Shown one piece after another: positions 35,111 through 45,463 of a DNA stretch of 64,000 nucleotides. A model generated the notes under the pieces. It searched no databases. It saw nothing but the letters and a program-made list of their open reading frames with translations, and had not been told where the DNA came from. The first letter of the stretch is position 1; every line of letters begins with the position of its first letter. Made by a program: the position numbers and the translations under genes. The stretch comes from a virus: positions 32,001 to 96,000 of IMG/VR virus record IMGVR_UViG_3300046318_000188. The stretch is one strand, 5' to 3'.

Positions 35111-35713
35111 ATGGATTTTTATAATGATGTGAGAAGTAAACTTGGACATAGAATAAGTGGATTTGATTATATCTTCCAGTATTTTGTTGATGTTGATAAA
35201 CCCCTAATCGTAGAAACCGGTTGTGCCAGACAAATGGACAACTATGAAGGTGATGGTCAAAGTAGTTTACTCTTTGACAAGTTTATCAAACAATATGGTG
35301 GTGAATTCCATACAGTAGACATTTCGAAAGAAAGTACTGACTATTGTAAAAGTAGAATGACATCAAGCAATAGTGTTGTATATACAAACGACAGCATTAC
35401 TCAATTAAAAACCCTCAATCATAGATTTCAACAAGAAGATAGAAAAATTGATTTTCTTTATTTGGATTCTTTTGATGCTCCCCGTGATAAACCAGATGTA
35501 GTTTATCAAAGTGCTTTACATCACCTCTACGAATTACTCACAATTGCCCCATCAATTAAAGAAGGTGCCTTAATTGGCGTTGATGATAATTGGATTGAAC
35601 AAAGAGATGGCCAGAATATTTTAGCAGGTAAAGGCCAATTCGTTTATGACTATATGCAGAAAAGTGGCCGACCTCTTGTTCATGACGGCTATCAATTATT
35701 TTGGAAATGGTAA
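35111..35713 (+). CDS. Class I SAM-dependent methyltransferase
   Basis: 'IVETG', 'IDFLYLDS', 'GVDD'. Confidence 0.75.
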   Translation: MDFYNDVRSKLGHRISGFDYIFQYFVDVDKPLIVETGCARQMDNYEGDGQSSLLFDKFIKQYGGEFHTVDISKESTDYCKSRMTSSNSVVYTNDSITQLKTLNHRFQQEDRKIDFLYLDSFDAPRDKPDVVYQSALHHLYELLTIAPSIKEGALIGVDDNWIEQRDGQNILAGKGQFVYDYMQKSGRPLVHDGYQLFWKW

Positions 35714-36474
35714 TGAGTGCAACAGTAATTATTCCAACAACAGGTTCACCTGATTTGTTAACGGCAGTAAGAAGTGTATTGAATCAAACTTATCCAACAG
35801 ATTGTTATATTGTTATTGACGGCAAAGATAATGTAGTCAAAACAATAGAACTTCTAGGAGATTTGGTAGAAAATGATAAACTTCATACTGCAATTCTTCC
35901 TATCAATGTTGGTGCTAATGGTTTTTATGGGCATCGTGTCTATGCGGCATTCACTCATCTTGTTAATACTGATTATGTTTTATATCTTGACCAAGATAAT
36001 TGGTTAAAACCTAATCATGTGGAATCTTGTATTAAAACAATACAAGAAAATAATTTAAGTTGGTGTTATTCTCTCCGTGATATCTATGAAGATAATACCT
36101 TTATCTGTCATGACGATTGTGAATCGTTAGGTAAGTGGCAAACTTATCATGGTATTAATCATGTGGATACAAATAGTTATTGCCTTAAAACAGAAATTGC
36201 GATAAAATTAGCATCAGCGTGGCATGGTGGATGGGGACAAGACAGAGTGTTTTTACAGACCGTATCACAATACTTCCAAAAGTTCGATTGCACAAATGAA
36301 TATACAGTAAACTATCGAGTTGCTGGTAATGCAGGTTCAGTTACTAAAGAATTCTTTCTTAATGGTAACAGTATAATGAATAACAAATATAATGGAGATT
36401 TCCCATGGCGCAAAAAGACCTCATCATCGGTGCCTTCACCAACTATAACTATAACCAACTCAAACCTTGGGTAG
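35713..36474 (+). CDS. GT2 glycosyltransferase
   Basis: 'VIIPT', 'SVLNQTY', 'LDQDN'. Confidence 0.8.
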   Translation: MSATVIIPTTGSPDLLTAVRSVLNQTYPTDCYIVIDGKDNVVKTIELLGDLVENDKLHTAILPINVGANGFYGHRVYAAFTHLVNTDYVLYLDQDNWLKPNHVESCIKTIQENNLSWCYSLRDIYEDNTFICHDDCESLGKWQTYHGINHVDTNSYCLKTEIAIKLASAWHGGWGQDRVFLQTVSQYFQKFDCTNEYTVNYRVAGNAGSVTKEFFLNGNSIMNNKYNGDFPWRKKTSSSVPSPTITITNSNLG

Positions 36475-37262
36475 AATCAATTGATGAGTGTGGTTTTACT
36501 GGTGACAAAGTTATGGTCGTTGGTAATGCAGCACCAGAAACAATCGGTGAATTAATCAAACGTGATTTTATCATCGTGCCTATGCCACAGGCAAACATTC
36601 CAGTTCATGTATTACGATTCTTAGCTATCTATGAGTTCCTTAGAACCAATTGGAAGAATTATCGATATGTAATTACAACAGATGTTAAAGATGTTTACTT
36701 TCAAACTAATCCTTCAGAATGGCTGAAAGACCATATTGGATTACACTATAAGTTAGTTGCTGGTTCAGAAGGCATGAAATATAAAGATGAACCATGGGGT
36801 AATGAGAACCTGATGCAAACTTATGGACCATATGTTTATGACCATTTCAAAGATAACGAAATCTACAATGTAGGAACAATCGGTGGTGCATCAGAATATG
36901 TTAAAGATATGGTTTTCAACATCTTTACAAACGCAACCAACCGACCAATTCCTATTGTTGACCAAGCAGTATATAATGTATTGATTCAAACACAACCATT
37001 TAAAAATGTAATTAAATTTGCACAACAAAAAGATGGTTGGGCTTGTCAAGCAGGTACAACAGTAGACCCATCCAAGATTGAACGGTTTAGGCCATTCTTA
37101 ACCGAAGCAGAACCTACATTCAAAGATGGTATTGTATATACCTCGTTAGGTGAACCTTTCTGTCTTGTTCACCAATATGATAGAGTTCCTGAGTGGCGTA
37201 GTTATATCATGAATAAGTATAATCAGGAAGACCCAAATAATTATTTCGTTTATAGGACTTAA
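36405..37262 (+). CDS. Glycosyltransferase-like protein
   Basis: 'TDVKDVYFQ', 'DQAVYN', 'HQYDR'. Confidence 0.65.
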   Translation: MAQKDLIIGAFTNYNYNQLKPWVESIDECGFTGDKVMVVGNAAPETIGELIKRDFIIVPMPQANIPVHVLRFLAIYEFLRTNWKNYRYVITTDVKDVYFQTNPSEWLKDHIGLHYKLVAGSEGMKYKDEPWGNENLMQTYGPYVYDHFKDNEIYNVGTIGGASEYVKDMVFNIFTNATNRPIPIVDQAVYNVLIQTQPFKNVIKFAQQKDGWACQAGTTVDPSKIERFRPFLTEAEPTFKDGIVYTSLGEPFCLVHQYDRVPEWRSYIMNKYNQEDPNNYFVYRT

Positions 37263-37263
37263 A

Positions 37264-37791
37264 ATGAATTTTGAACAAGAATATCAAGATGCTTGTAATC
37301 GTTCAACCGATATCAATGAACATCTCCCCACACTTTCAGATTTAACTTCTGAGTGTAAACATGTTACCGAACTTGGAGTAGGTTGGGCTCAAAGTACTAG
37401 AGCTTTCCTCCGTCACGATATAGAAATGCATAGTTATGAATATATGCCTCAACCTGGAATTAAAGAGTTTTTTCAAGAAGCTAAAGATTCTGGTCGTAAT
37501 GTAACTCTACATATTGCGGATACTCGTAAGGTAGAAATTGAACTCACAGATTTATTGTTTGTGGATAGTTTACATATCTATGAACAAGTACAAAAGGAGT
37601 TGGAACTTCATGCAGATAAAGCTAAAAAATATATCGCATTTCACGATACCACATCATTTGAAAATAATGGCGAATTTGGCGGCCGTGGGATTTGGCCAGC
37701 AATTCAAGAATTTATGGATTCGCATCCGGAATGGCAGATGAAACATCGATATACCAACAACAATGGTCTAACGGTGTTGCATCGTGTCTAA
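37264..37791 (+). CDS. Methyltransferase (Methyltransf_24-like)
   Basis: 'ELGV', 'DLLFVDSLH', 'FHDT'. Confidence 0.75.
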   Translation: MNFEQEYQDACNRSTDINEHLPTLSDLTSECKHVTELGVGWAQSTRAFLRHDIEMHSYEYMPQPGIKEFFQEAKDSGRNVTLHIADTRKVEIELTDLLFVDSLHIYEQVQKELELHADKAKKYIAFHDTTSFENNGEFGGRGIWPAIQEFMDSHPEWQMKHRYTNNNGLTVLHRV

Positions 37792-38518
37792 TATATCTTT
37801 CTTCCATCTTGCTTCAGTTTACCCTAAAGCAACCATAGAAATAATTAAGAATGCAAGAATACATCATACTAATGATTATTATTTTTTAGGTGTTGATAAT
37901 ACTATTAGTTATCAGGATATTGCTGATGAATATAAAACAGATTACAAATATTATCATACCAAAGTTGGTGGACCAAAAGGTGATTATGGTTATCGTTTAG
38001 AAGGTACTTTGGAATTTCTTGCTAGGTTTAAAACGGCTTGCCTTTTGTCTAGGTCATCACATATAATTATGATGGAAGATGACGTGTTGATTGTTAAACC
38101 TATCACAGTTGATCCGGATTGGGAACATGCGTGTGCTGATACTAAAGTTGGCAACATCATTCCCGAATCAGTAATTACAATGATTGAAGAACATTCAGGT
38201 AAACGACCTACACTCACACAGTATGGTGCAGGTGGAGGTTCAATATTTAAAGTATCAACATTCTTAGAACATTATGATAGTAACATCGAATGGTTCAAGA
38301 AATACTTTGATATGATTCAAATGGTTTATCCAACAATCGGATATATTGATTGCTTTATGAATGTGTATTATTGGTTAGCAGGTAAAGATTATTCAGTTAA
38401 TACACACCGTGCAGATACACATAATCACAAACCAGGATTTGATTATGAATCATTTATAAGTAATCAACCACCCGAAATTGAAATAATTAATAATTATAAA
38501 AAGTATTATTACGAATGA
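37784..38518 (+). CDS. Glycosyltransferase-like protein
   Basis: 'MEDDVL' DxD-type motif; within glycan cluster. Confidence 0.55.
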   Translation: MSNISFFHLASVYPKATIEIIKNARIHHTNDYYFLGVDNTISYQDIADEYKTDYKYYHTKVGGPKGDYGYRLEGTLEFLARFKTACLLSRSSHIIMMEDDVLIVKPITVDPDWEHACADTKVGNIIPESVITMIEEHSGKRPTLTQYGAGGGSIFKVSTFLEHYDSNIEWFKKYFDMIQMVYPTIGYIDCFMNVYYWLAGKDYSVNTHRADTHNHKPGFDYESFISNQPPEIEIINNYKKYYYE

Positions 38519-39081
38519 CACTACTTGAACTTTATGAACAGAATCGTGCCAAATATTTGGACACCGATAAAGAATATCCAACACACCATTATATTAGTAA
38601 ATTTTATAATGAAAAGTTTGATAAGTTTAAAGATAAAAATTTAAACATATTGGAAATTGGTGTTGGTTCTGGTGGAAGCTTGTTGCTGTGGAATGATTTC
38701 TTTTCGTATGCTTTAATCTATGCTTTAGATATTGGCTCAAGTTTTGACCGTAGATTTGAACAATGTAAAGAGAATGTTAAGGATATGAAAAAGATATTCT
38801 TAACTGAATCGGATGCTTACCAGCAAAAAGTTGCCGACAGTTTACCAAAATTTGATATTATCATTGATGATGGCCCACATACTTTTGATAGTCATATTAA
38901 ATTCTTAGAATTGTATCTACCAAAATTGAATTCTGGTGGTATCTTAGTAATTGAAGATATTGATGACATCAATTGGACCGAAGAATACAAAAAATATGCT
39001 GGCGATTATAAACATTATATTGTTGACACCGACCGCAATTTAGAGTATAATAACCTTTTATTTGTAATAGAAAAATTATGA
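38515..39081 (+). CDS. Class I SAM-dependent methyltransferase
   Basis: 'ILEIGVGSGGS', 'DIIIDDGPH', 'GGILVIED'. Confidence 0.85.
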   Translation: MTLLELYEQNRAKYLDTDKEYPTHHYISKFYNEKFDKFKDKNLNILEIGVGSGGSLLLWNDFFSYALIYALDIGSSFDRRFEQCKENVKDMKKIFLTESDAYQQKVADSLPKFDIIIDDGPHTFDSHIKFLELYLPKLNSGGILVIEDIDDINWTEEYKKYAGDYKHYIVDTDRNLEYNNLLFVIEKL

Positions 39082-39881
39082 ACGATATTACTATTGTAAC
39101 AGCCTTCTTTGACATTGGTCGTGGAGAATGGAGTCCAGACAAAGGATTGCCACATTACTTACAAAGAACAAACGACACCTACTTAGAAAGATTTGGCCAC
39201 ATGGCTAAACTTGAAAATGATATGGTTGTCTACACATCTAAAGAATTTGTGGATGATATTAAGTCATTAAGACAAAATAGACCAACACAAATTTTCACGC
39301 TTGATTTTCCAAATAGTTTTGAAAAGCTTAGGAAAGAAGTTCAAAAGGTCCAAAAGGATCCTCAGTATCAAGCCAAAATCAATCCCATGCAAGTAAAAAA
39401 TCCAGAATACTGGAATGCTGACTATGTTGTTGTTAATGCTCTAAAATCTTCCTTTGTCAAAAAAGCAATTCAATCCAATACAATCGATACAGATTTGGTT
39501 GCTTGGTTAGACTTTGGTTATTGTCGTGATGAATCCACACTCAATGGCGTAAATTTCTGGCAGTATCCTTTTAATAAAGAAAAGATTCATTTATTTAATA
39601 TTAAAGATTGGGTTGAAGGTACATTCATTGAAGAAGTAATTGTAAACAATGATGTTCATATTACTGGTCCATGTATTGTCGCAGACAAAAAGATGTGGCC
39701 TGTTCTAGAAGCCTTAGTTTATCATTCCATTGAAGAATTACTTAAAAGTAAATTAATTGATGATGACCAAACATTATTGCTGATGTCTTATCTACAAAAA
39801 CCGGAGTTATTTGAATTACATCGAGTTAATGACCAAGATTGGTTTGTTGCATTTAGGAGTTTTAATGAAAATCAAGATTGA
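39078..39881 (+). CDS. HtrL/YibB (WlaTC) family protein
   Basis: 'ITIVTAFFDIGRG.W', 'AWLDFGY', 'DDDQTL'. Confidence 0.8.
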   Translation: MNDITIVTAFFDIGRGEWSPDKGLPHYLQRTNDTYLERFGHMAKLENDMVVYTSKEFVDDIKSLRQNRPTQIFTLDFPNSFEKLRKEVQKVQKDPQYQAKINPMQVKNPEYWNADYVVVNALKSSFVKKAIQSNTIDTDLVAWLDFGYCRDESTLNGVNFWQYPFNKEKIHLFNIKDWVEGTFIEEVIVNNDVHITGPCIVADKKMWPVLEALVYHSIEELLKSKLIDDDQTLLLMSYLQKPELFELHRVNDQDWFVAFRSFNENQD

Positions 39882-40596
39882 TTGTACTGCAAACTTAGGT
39901 GACTTTTGTAATGCCTTACCAGTAATCTCAGGTATTTCAAAATCTGTTGGACATAAAATTCATCTAATCATTAGACCAGAAATGCGTAAATTTAATGGCA
40001 TCAAAGAGTTTTTACAACATCAGAAGATGATTAAAGATGTGGACTTCTCAGATGACCTGCTTGTGTTTGGTGATATAATGACTTTGAGTTCTTGGACTCG
40101 TATGCAACAAGAAGATGCGGATAGACCGGTTGAAACTTGTCGTTATGAAAATTGGGTTCGTGATAATTATCAATTAGACTTTAGAGTTGATGATGACTTT
40201 GAAGTTCAAGTCGAACCGACACCCGTAGAAGATGTAACAGATAAAACAATTATTGGTGACAGATGGTCAGCTCAACAAGACCCAGCAGTTGATACAAGAA
40301 GAAATACTAATGTGGTTGAACATGGTGTAAATCCTGACCCAACAAAAGTATTCTATCTTGATTATACAAAACCAATCATGTATAATCTTAATCTTATTAA
40401 AAACAATCCTAATCCTTTTGTTACTACATTCACAGGCATTGGTATCATTGCTGACTTAATGAACAAAGAAACTATTGTTTGTTGGGATGAAGATATGAGA
40501 ACATGGGATGGTCATCCAGTAGGATTTGATTTTAAAAGACATTATTATGCAGACAGATATTCTAAATTAGTTTATGTTAAAGATTTAGTTCTATGA
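39865..40596 (+). CDS. Hypothetical, GT9-like N-terminus
   Basis: 'NLGDFCNALP' resembles heptosyltransferase start. Confidence 0.5.
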   Translation: MKIKIDCTANLGDFCNALPVISGISKSVGHKIHLIIRPEMRKFNGIKEFLQHQKMIKDVDFSDDLLVFGDIMTLSSWTRMQQEDADRPVETCRYENWVRDNYQLDFRVDDDFEVQVEPTPVEDVTDKTIIGDRWSAQQDPAVDTRRNTNVVEHGVNPDPTKVFYLDYTKPIMYNLNLIKNNPNPFVTTFTGIGIIADLMNKETIVCWDEDMRTWDGHPVGFDFKRHYYADRYSKLVYVKDLVL

Positions 40597-41294
40597 TACT
40601 CAATGTCAAAAAAGGTGTCTTTGGTGATTGCATTCGTAATGGTGATTTGGTTGCTGTTGCGAATGTAGTTGAATATCTCAGACAAGAAACTCCAGATTTA
40701 AAATTCTACATTTATCCTGATGCAATGGCTCAGGCAGAATATAATAGACAATTTTATTCTTGGATGTTACAAAATACTAATTACTTCTCCATTTCACCAG
40801 GTGAAATTGACTTAAATTGGTCAAGAATTAATCTTTGGGACTTTAGAGATATATCTGGAGATTTGGTTAAGATTCATAACCCATTAATACAAGAAAAGAA
40901 GATTGTTATTTGTCCTCTTTTCGATGCACCATATAATACTTACCGAAACTGGCCAAGACCTATTTTTGAAGATTTATTGGATTATTATGATAAGTCGTTA
41001 TTTGATGGTTACCAAAAAGTGATTCTTTCACCTAAACCAGAATACTTTAGAGAAGGATGGACACAAAGTATTGATTTTCTAAACAATTTACACCACATTA
41101 TGACTGCCGAAGTCTTTGTTGGTGGTGATACTGGAACCAGTCATTTCGCTTGGGCACTTGACAAATCACCTAAAACTATGATATACTTGAACTCCAGTAG
41201 AGGTTTGTTACATACTTTGCCGTTTTATTTATTGTACGGCAAAGGTACCACTAAAACCTATTGGTTGGATTTCGAAGGATCCAATTTTCAGTAG
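40593..41294 (+). CDS. GT9 (heptosyltransferase)-like protein
   Basis: 'AEVFVGGDTGTSHFAWAL'. Confidence 0.65.
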   Translation: MILNVKKGVFGDCIRNGDLVAVANVVEYLRQETPDLKFYIYPDAMAQAEYNRQFYSWMLQNTNYFSISPGEIDLNWSRINLWDFRDISGDLVKIHNPLIQEKKIVICPLFDAPYNTYRNWPRPIFEDLLDYYDKSLFDGYQKVILSPKPEYFREGWTQSIDFLNNLHHIMTAEVFVGGDTGTSHFAWALDKSPKTMIYLNSSRGLLHTLPFYLLYGKGTTKTYWLDFEGSNFQ

Positions 41295-41348
41295 ACTATG
41301 TATCGAACCCAATCTTTCTAGGTAATGGACCAGAAAGAATGGATGTTG

Positions 41349-41356
41349 TATAAATA
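41349..41356 (+). promoter_or_regulatory. T4-type late promoter
   Basis: TATAAATA upstream of the His-rich gene block. Confidence 0.7.
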
Positions 41357-41402
41357 ACCAAACCAAGGCAACCATAGTGTGTTGCAAGTCAGAAGGAAAA
41401 CA

Positions 41403-42593
41403 ATGAAATCGTTTATTAGCTTTTTAAAAGAAGAAACTGAGTCTAGCTCAGAACTTAAGCATATTCATCATGCTGAAGATAGACCATTAATGCATGGTCA
41501 CTCAGGTTTTGAACACGCACATGCCGCATTGTTGAAAGCCCACGAACATATGGTTGGTGGTCATAAGAACACCAATCTTACAATGAAATATGATGGTTCT
41601 CCATCAATCGTGTTTGGCCATCATCCTAAGAATGGTAAGTTCTTTGTAGCAACTAAATCTGCCTTCAATAAGAATCCAAAGATTAACCACACGGAAGCAG
41701 ACATCGATAAAAATCATGGCCATGCTCCTGGTTTAGCACACACACTCAAACACGCTTTAAAACACCTTCCAAAAGTAACACCAAAACATGGTGTATTCCA
41801 AGGTGACCTGATGCACCATGCTGACACAAAGACTTTACATGAAAGTTACATTGTAGAAGCGAAGGGTGATGTTTCCTTTACTCCAAATACAATTACCTAT
41901 ACTGCAAAAGGTAAAGAAGCAGAAAAGATTAAGAAGTCTAAAGTTGGTGTTGTGGTTCATCACCAATATAGTGATGATATGAAACACGCTTCACCTCATG
42001 TAGATACAAGTAAGTTCAAAGAACATCCAGATGTCCATATTCATGGTGCAGAACACGACACCAGCAAAGTAAAACATTCTCCTGAGAATGAGAAGTCTTT
42101 CCAGAAACATATGTCAGCCGCTAAAGAAATACATGATACACATGGTCATAAAATGTATGATTCTGTTCATCCAAAACATAGTGGAGAAGCGGGCCACCTG
42201 TCAACATACATAAACAAAACAGTAAGACATGATGAAGTGCCAAGTGTTAAAGGTTTCAAAGAACACCTACATGATGTACATGCCAAGTTAGCATCTAAAG
42301 TTTCAACTGAAAAATCCAAGTCTGAGAAAACTGGCGAAGGCAAGAAACAGATTGCTCATGTTGAAAAAAATAAAGAACATTATGGTAATTTATTCTCGAT
42401 GCATCATCATTTACACCAAGCTAAAAATGCTTTGGTTAAATCATTAGAAACACATGAAGGTCACTACCAACATCACATTGCTGGTAAGAAGTCTAAACCT
42501 GAGGGTTTTGTAGTCCATCATGATAATCAACCAACAAAATTGGTTAACCGTGCTGAATTTGCTAAACAAAATTTATTAAAGGTTAGAAAATGA
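41403..42593 (+). CDS. His-rich protein with ligase-like KxDG motif; probable internal head protein
   Basis: MKSFISFLKEE N-terminus; 'TMKYDGSPSIVFG', 'QGDL', 'PEGFV', 'KLVNR.EF'. Confidence 0.6.
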   Translation: MKSFISFLKEETESSSELKHIHHAEDRPLMHGHSGFEHAHAALLKAHEHMVGGHKNTNLTMKYDGSPSIVFGHHPKNGKFFVATKSAFNKNPKINHTEADIDKNHGHAPGLAHTLKHALKHLPKVTPKHGVFQGDLMHHADTKTLHESYIVEAKGDVSFTPNTITYTAKGKEAEKIKKSKVGVVVHHQYSDDMKHASPHVDTSKFKEHPDVHIHGAEHDTSKVKHSPENEKSFQKHMSAAKEIHDTHGHKMYDSVHPKHSGEAGHLSTYINKTVRHDEVPSVKGFKEHLHDVHAKLASKVSTEKSKSEKTGEGKKQIAHVEKNKEHYGNLFSMHHHLHQAKNALVKSLETHEGHYQHHIAGKKSKPEGFVVHHDNQPTKLVNRAEFAKQNLLKVRK

Positions 42594-43555
42594 AATCGTT
42601 TCGTGCTTATATTGTTGAAGGTCGTGGTACATTAACTGCATCTGGTGAAACCGGTGAGGACCATAAAAAGCGATATATTGATCCACATGTTGGATCAGAT
42701 AAACCGACTCACGTTTTGGCCAAAGAACATGATGACCTTCCAAAAGGTTCTGCTATTAAGATTCATAAAACTGAACATATTAATGGTAAAATCCATGTTC
42801 ATGCTGAAGATGAAACAGGTAATCATCATGTTATTCCTATTTCCAAATTACATAAACCCGGTGATGAACCTAAGAATAAAGGACATGAATATGAGTCCAA
42901 GTTCGTTGATAGGTTGAAGAAACATGGAATTATGCCTCACCACCTTTCTGGTGCCGGTTCAACAGGTGGTACAGACTTTTCTGTTGAGAATAAGAAAAAA
43001 GGTAAGTTTCATGCTGGTACTGTTTCTGGCCATCTACTTAACGGTGAAACAAAGAATGGTACAACGGCTGCAATGGGCCAGTTAACTATTCATCACAATA
43101 AAGAAAAAGGTTGGCACATCAAAGATTCACAAAGAGCGAAACGTCCAGAATATGCTAAACATATTGAGAAGTCTGGAATTCTTAAACATATGAATAAACA
43201 TCATCCTGATCCAGAAAAAGAACCAGCTACAGAATCGGGTCGTGCTAAAACCATCGAAATTAAACATCCAAATTTACATCCAGCTGAAGGTTATTTGAAA
43301 GACCATCATGTTCATGTTTTACAGGTTGGTGGCCATGGTACATACAAGGTTGGAGAAAAAGATGAAACTGGTCACGGATTGCCTTCAATTTCTGGCAAAG
43401 GAAAGTGGAGAATCCGTGAAAAACAAAAAGGTAATAAAAACGCAAGAACAGTAGCTTTTCATCCGGATGGTGTCAAAGGTTTAAATAAAAGTCACGTTGA
43501 TTTGGATAAAGATGAACATTTAGATGCATTTAAGAAAACATTGGGCCACAAATAA
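42590..43555 (+). CDS. His-rich protein; probable internal head protein
   Basis: MKSFRAYIVE N-terminus; possible D...ExK nuclease-like motif. Confidence 0.55.
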   Translation: MKSFRAYIVEGRGTLTASGETGEDHKKRYIDPHVGSDKPTHVLAKEHDDLPKGSAIKIHKTEHINGKIHVHAEDETGNHHVIPISKLHKPGDEPKNKGHEYESKFVDRLKKHGIMPHHLSGAGSTGGTDFSVENKKKGKFHAGTVSGHLLNGETKNGTTAAMGQLTIHHNKEKGWHIKDSQRAKRPEYAKHIEKSGILKHMNKHHPDPEKEPATESGRAKTIEIKHPNLHPAEGYLKDHHVHVLQVGGHGTYKVGEKDETGHGLPSISGKGKWRIREKQKGNKNARTVAFHPDGVKGLNKSHVDLDKDEHLDAFKKTLGHK

Positions 43556-43558
43556 AAT

Positions 43559-45451
43559 ATGAAAAGTTTTTTAGATATACTTGAAGAAGAAAAAAGTGGT
43601 GATAAACACCATGTGATGGCATTTGGCCGCATGAATCCTCCGACTACCGGTCACCTAAAGGTAATCGATAAGGTTAAAGAAGTTGCAAAAAAGAATAATG
43701 CGGAACATTCTGTTGTAACTTCTCATTCACAAGATTCAAAAAAGAATCCGTTAAGTGCCACACAGAAACTCAAACATCTACATCGTTATTCTCCAGACAC
43801 ACATTTTGTAGCATCTTCAAAAGAACATCCAACATTTTTACACCATGCAGCAGAATTACATAAAAAAGGTGTAACTCATCTTCACATGGTTGCTGGTTCT
43901 GACCGTGTCGCTGAATATAAAAAGAAATTGAATCAATATAACGGTACACATGAAGGTGCATTGTACAATTTCAAAAAGATTACTGTTCACTCCGCTGGTC
44001 ATAGAGATCCTGATTCAGAGGGTTCTGAAGGTATGTCCGGTACCAAGATGAGGGAACACGCAAAGAATAAAGATATTCATTCTTTCAAAAAAGGTGTTCC
44101 ATCTCATGTTTCACACGAACATGTAAAAGAATTGATGCATGATACTCGCAAGGGTATGGGTTTACATGAAGATACTAACCGTGGTATGTTCAAAGCAATC
44201 TTTGTAACGGGTGGTCCTGGTTCAGGTAAAGACATTATTATCCGTGAAGCTATTGCTGAAAGTCGTATTACAGAATTAAACTTCATTCAAGTGAGAGATT
44301 ATTTGGGTGACAAACAGAAGTTGTCCGAACAATCCAAAGACTTCCGTAGAGAAGCCATTAGAACTCGTAATCCATTAATCATTAATGGTCCAGCCGATGA
44401 TAATGAAAAGATTGCTCAGATTAAAGAAGAATTGGAAGAATTGGGTTATGAAACTCAAATGATTTTTGTTGACACTTCTGATGAGGCTTCAAAAGAAAGA
44501 AATTCATTATTGTCGAGAATGATGATGGAATCAGTCAGGCAAGACAAATGGGCCAAATCTCAGAGAAATACTAAATATTTCACAGAAGCCTTCAATAACT
44601 TTGTTCCTTTTGATAATACCGGTGACATTGGTAATAAAGAACAAGATATCCATGAAGTATATGAATTGACTAGAGATTTCTTGGATTCAAGAGTGACAAA
44701 TGAAACGGCTTTGGATTGGTTAGAAAGAAACCATAAGTCATATGTTAATTTTAAAATAGATACATTATTCAAGGAAAATAAAAATGTTCAAAGCACTAAT
44801 CGATTTCTTAAAATCAAAATTCGAAGCGTCCCCACAAAAGGTCCAGCCGACATTAAACCAGACAACAGAACCGTCAACACAAGCCCAGCCGCTGACGACC
44901 TCCAAGGAAACACCTTCCCAAGAAAAAATCCCAACGGAACAACCTACATCGGTGGCCAAGCTGCCGGAGTTTACGCCGAAAGTGAAACCAAGAACATCAA
45001 AGTCAAAGTCTACTCCGAGCCAAAAGAAACCAAGTTCAGTAAAGACAAAGACAAAGAAAAAAGGTTAAAATTTGGTGATAAGTCACTAAGTGCCAATCGT
45101 ATTGGAACTCCTACGGGATTAGGATCCGAATTTAGTACAAGAACTAATGGTACAGGTTTAACTGGTGGTGCAGGTTTAGGTAATCAAACTTATAGTGAAA
45201 GCCAAGAATATAGTAATTCTAGTCCGGCTAGTACAGCAATGCCTAGAGTAGTTTCACCAAATCCATTGAATGAGAAAAAACCATTTAATGGATTTAGAAA
45301 AATAATTAGAAAAGAAGCAATAGATGATCCGGGAGCCAATGATATGGGTGTCGGTGGAACTCTAGGTGGTGCAACCAATAAGGAACCATTGGTTACTCCT
45401 GCTGATAATAAGGTTCGAGTAGATAATCTTTTAAAAAAGAAAAAGAAATAA
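43559..45451 (+). CDS. HIGH-type nucleotidyltransferase fused to P-loop kinase
   Basis: 'FGRMNPPTTGH', 'SGTKMR', 'GGPGSGKD'; MKSFLDILEEE N-terminus. Confidence 0.7.
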   Translation: MKSFLDILEEEKSGDKHHVMAFGRMNPPTTGHLKVIDKVKEVAKKNNAEHSVVTSHSQDSKKNPLSATQKLKHLHRYSPDTHFVASSKEHPTFLHHAAELHKKGVTHLHMVAGSDRVAEYKKKLNQYNGTHEGALYNFKKITVHSAGHRDPDSEGSEGMSGTKMREHAKNKDIHSFKKGVPSHVSHEHVKELMHDTRKGMGLHEDTNRGMFKAIFVTGGPGSGKDIIIREAIAESRITELNFIQVRDYLGDKQKLSEQSKDFRREAIRTRNPLIINGPADDNEKIAQIKEELEELGYETQMIFVDTSDEASKERNSLLSRMMMESVRQDKWAKSQRNTKYFTEAFNNFVPFDNTGDIGNKEQDIHEVYELTRDFLDSRVTNETALDWLERNHKSYVNFKIDTLFKENKNVQSTNRFLKIKIRSVPTKGPADIKPDNRTVNTSPAADDLQGNTFPRKNPNGTTYIGGQAAGVYAESETKNIKVKVYSEPKETKFSKDKDKEKRLKFGDKSLSANRIGTPTGLGSEFSTRTNGTGLTGGAGLGNQTYSESQEYSNSSPASTAMPRVVSPNPLNEKKPFNGFRKIIRKEAIDDPGANDMGVGGTLGGATNKEPLVTPADNKVRVDNLLKKKKK

Positions 45452-45463
45452 ACGGAGAAAAAA

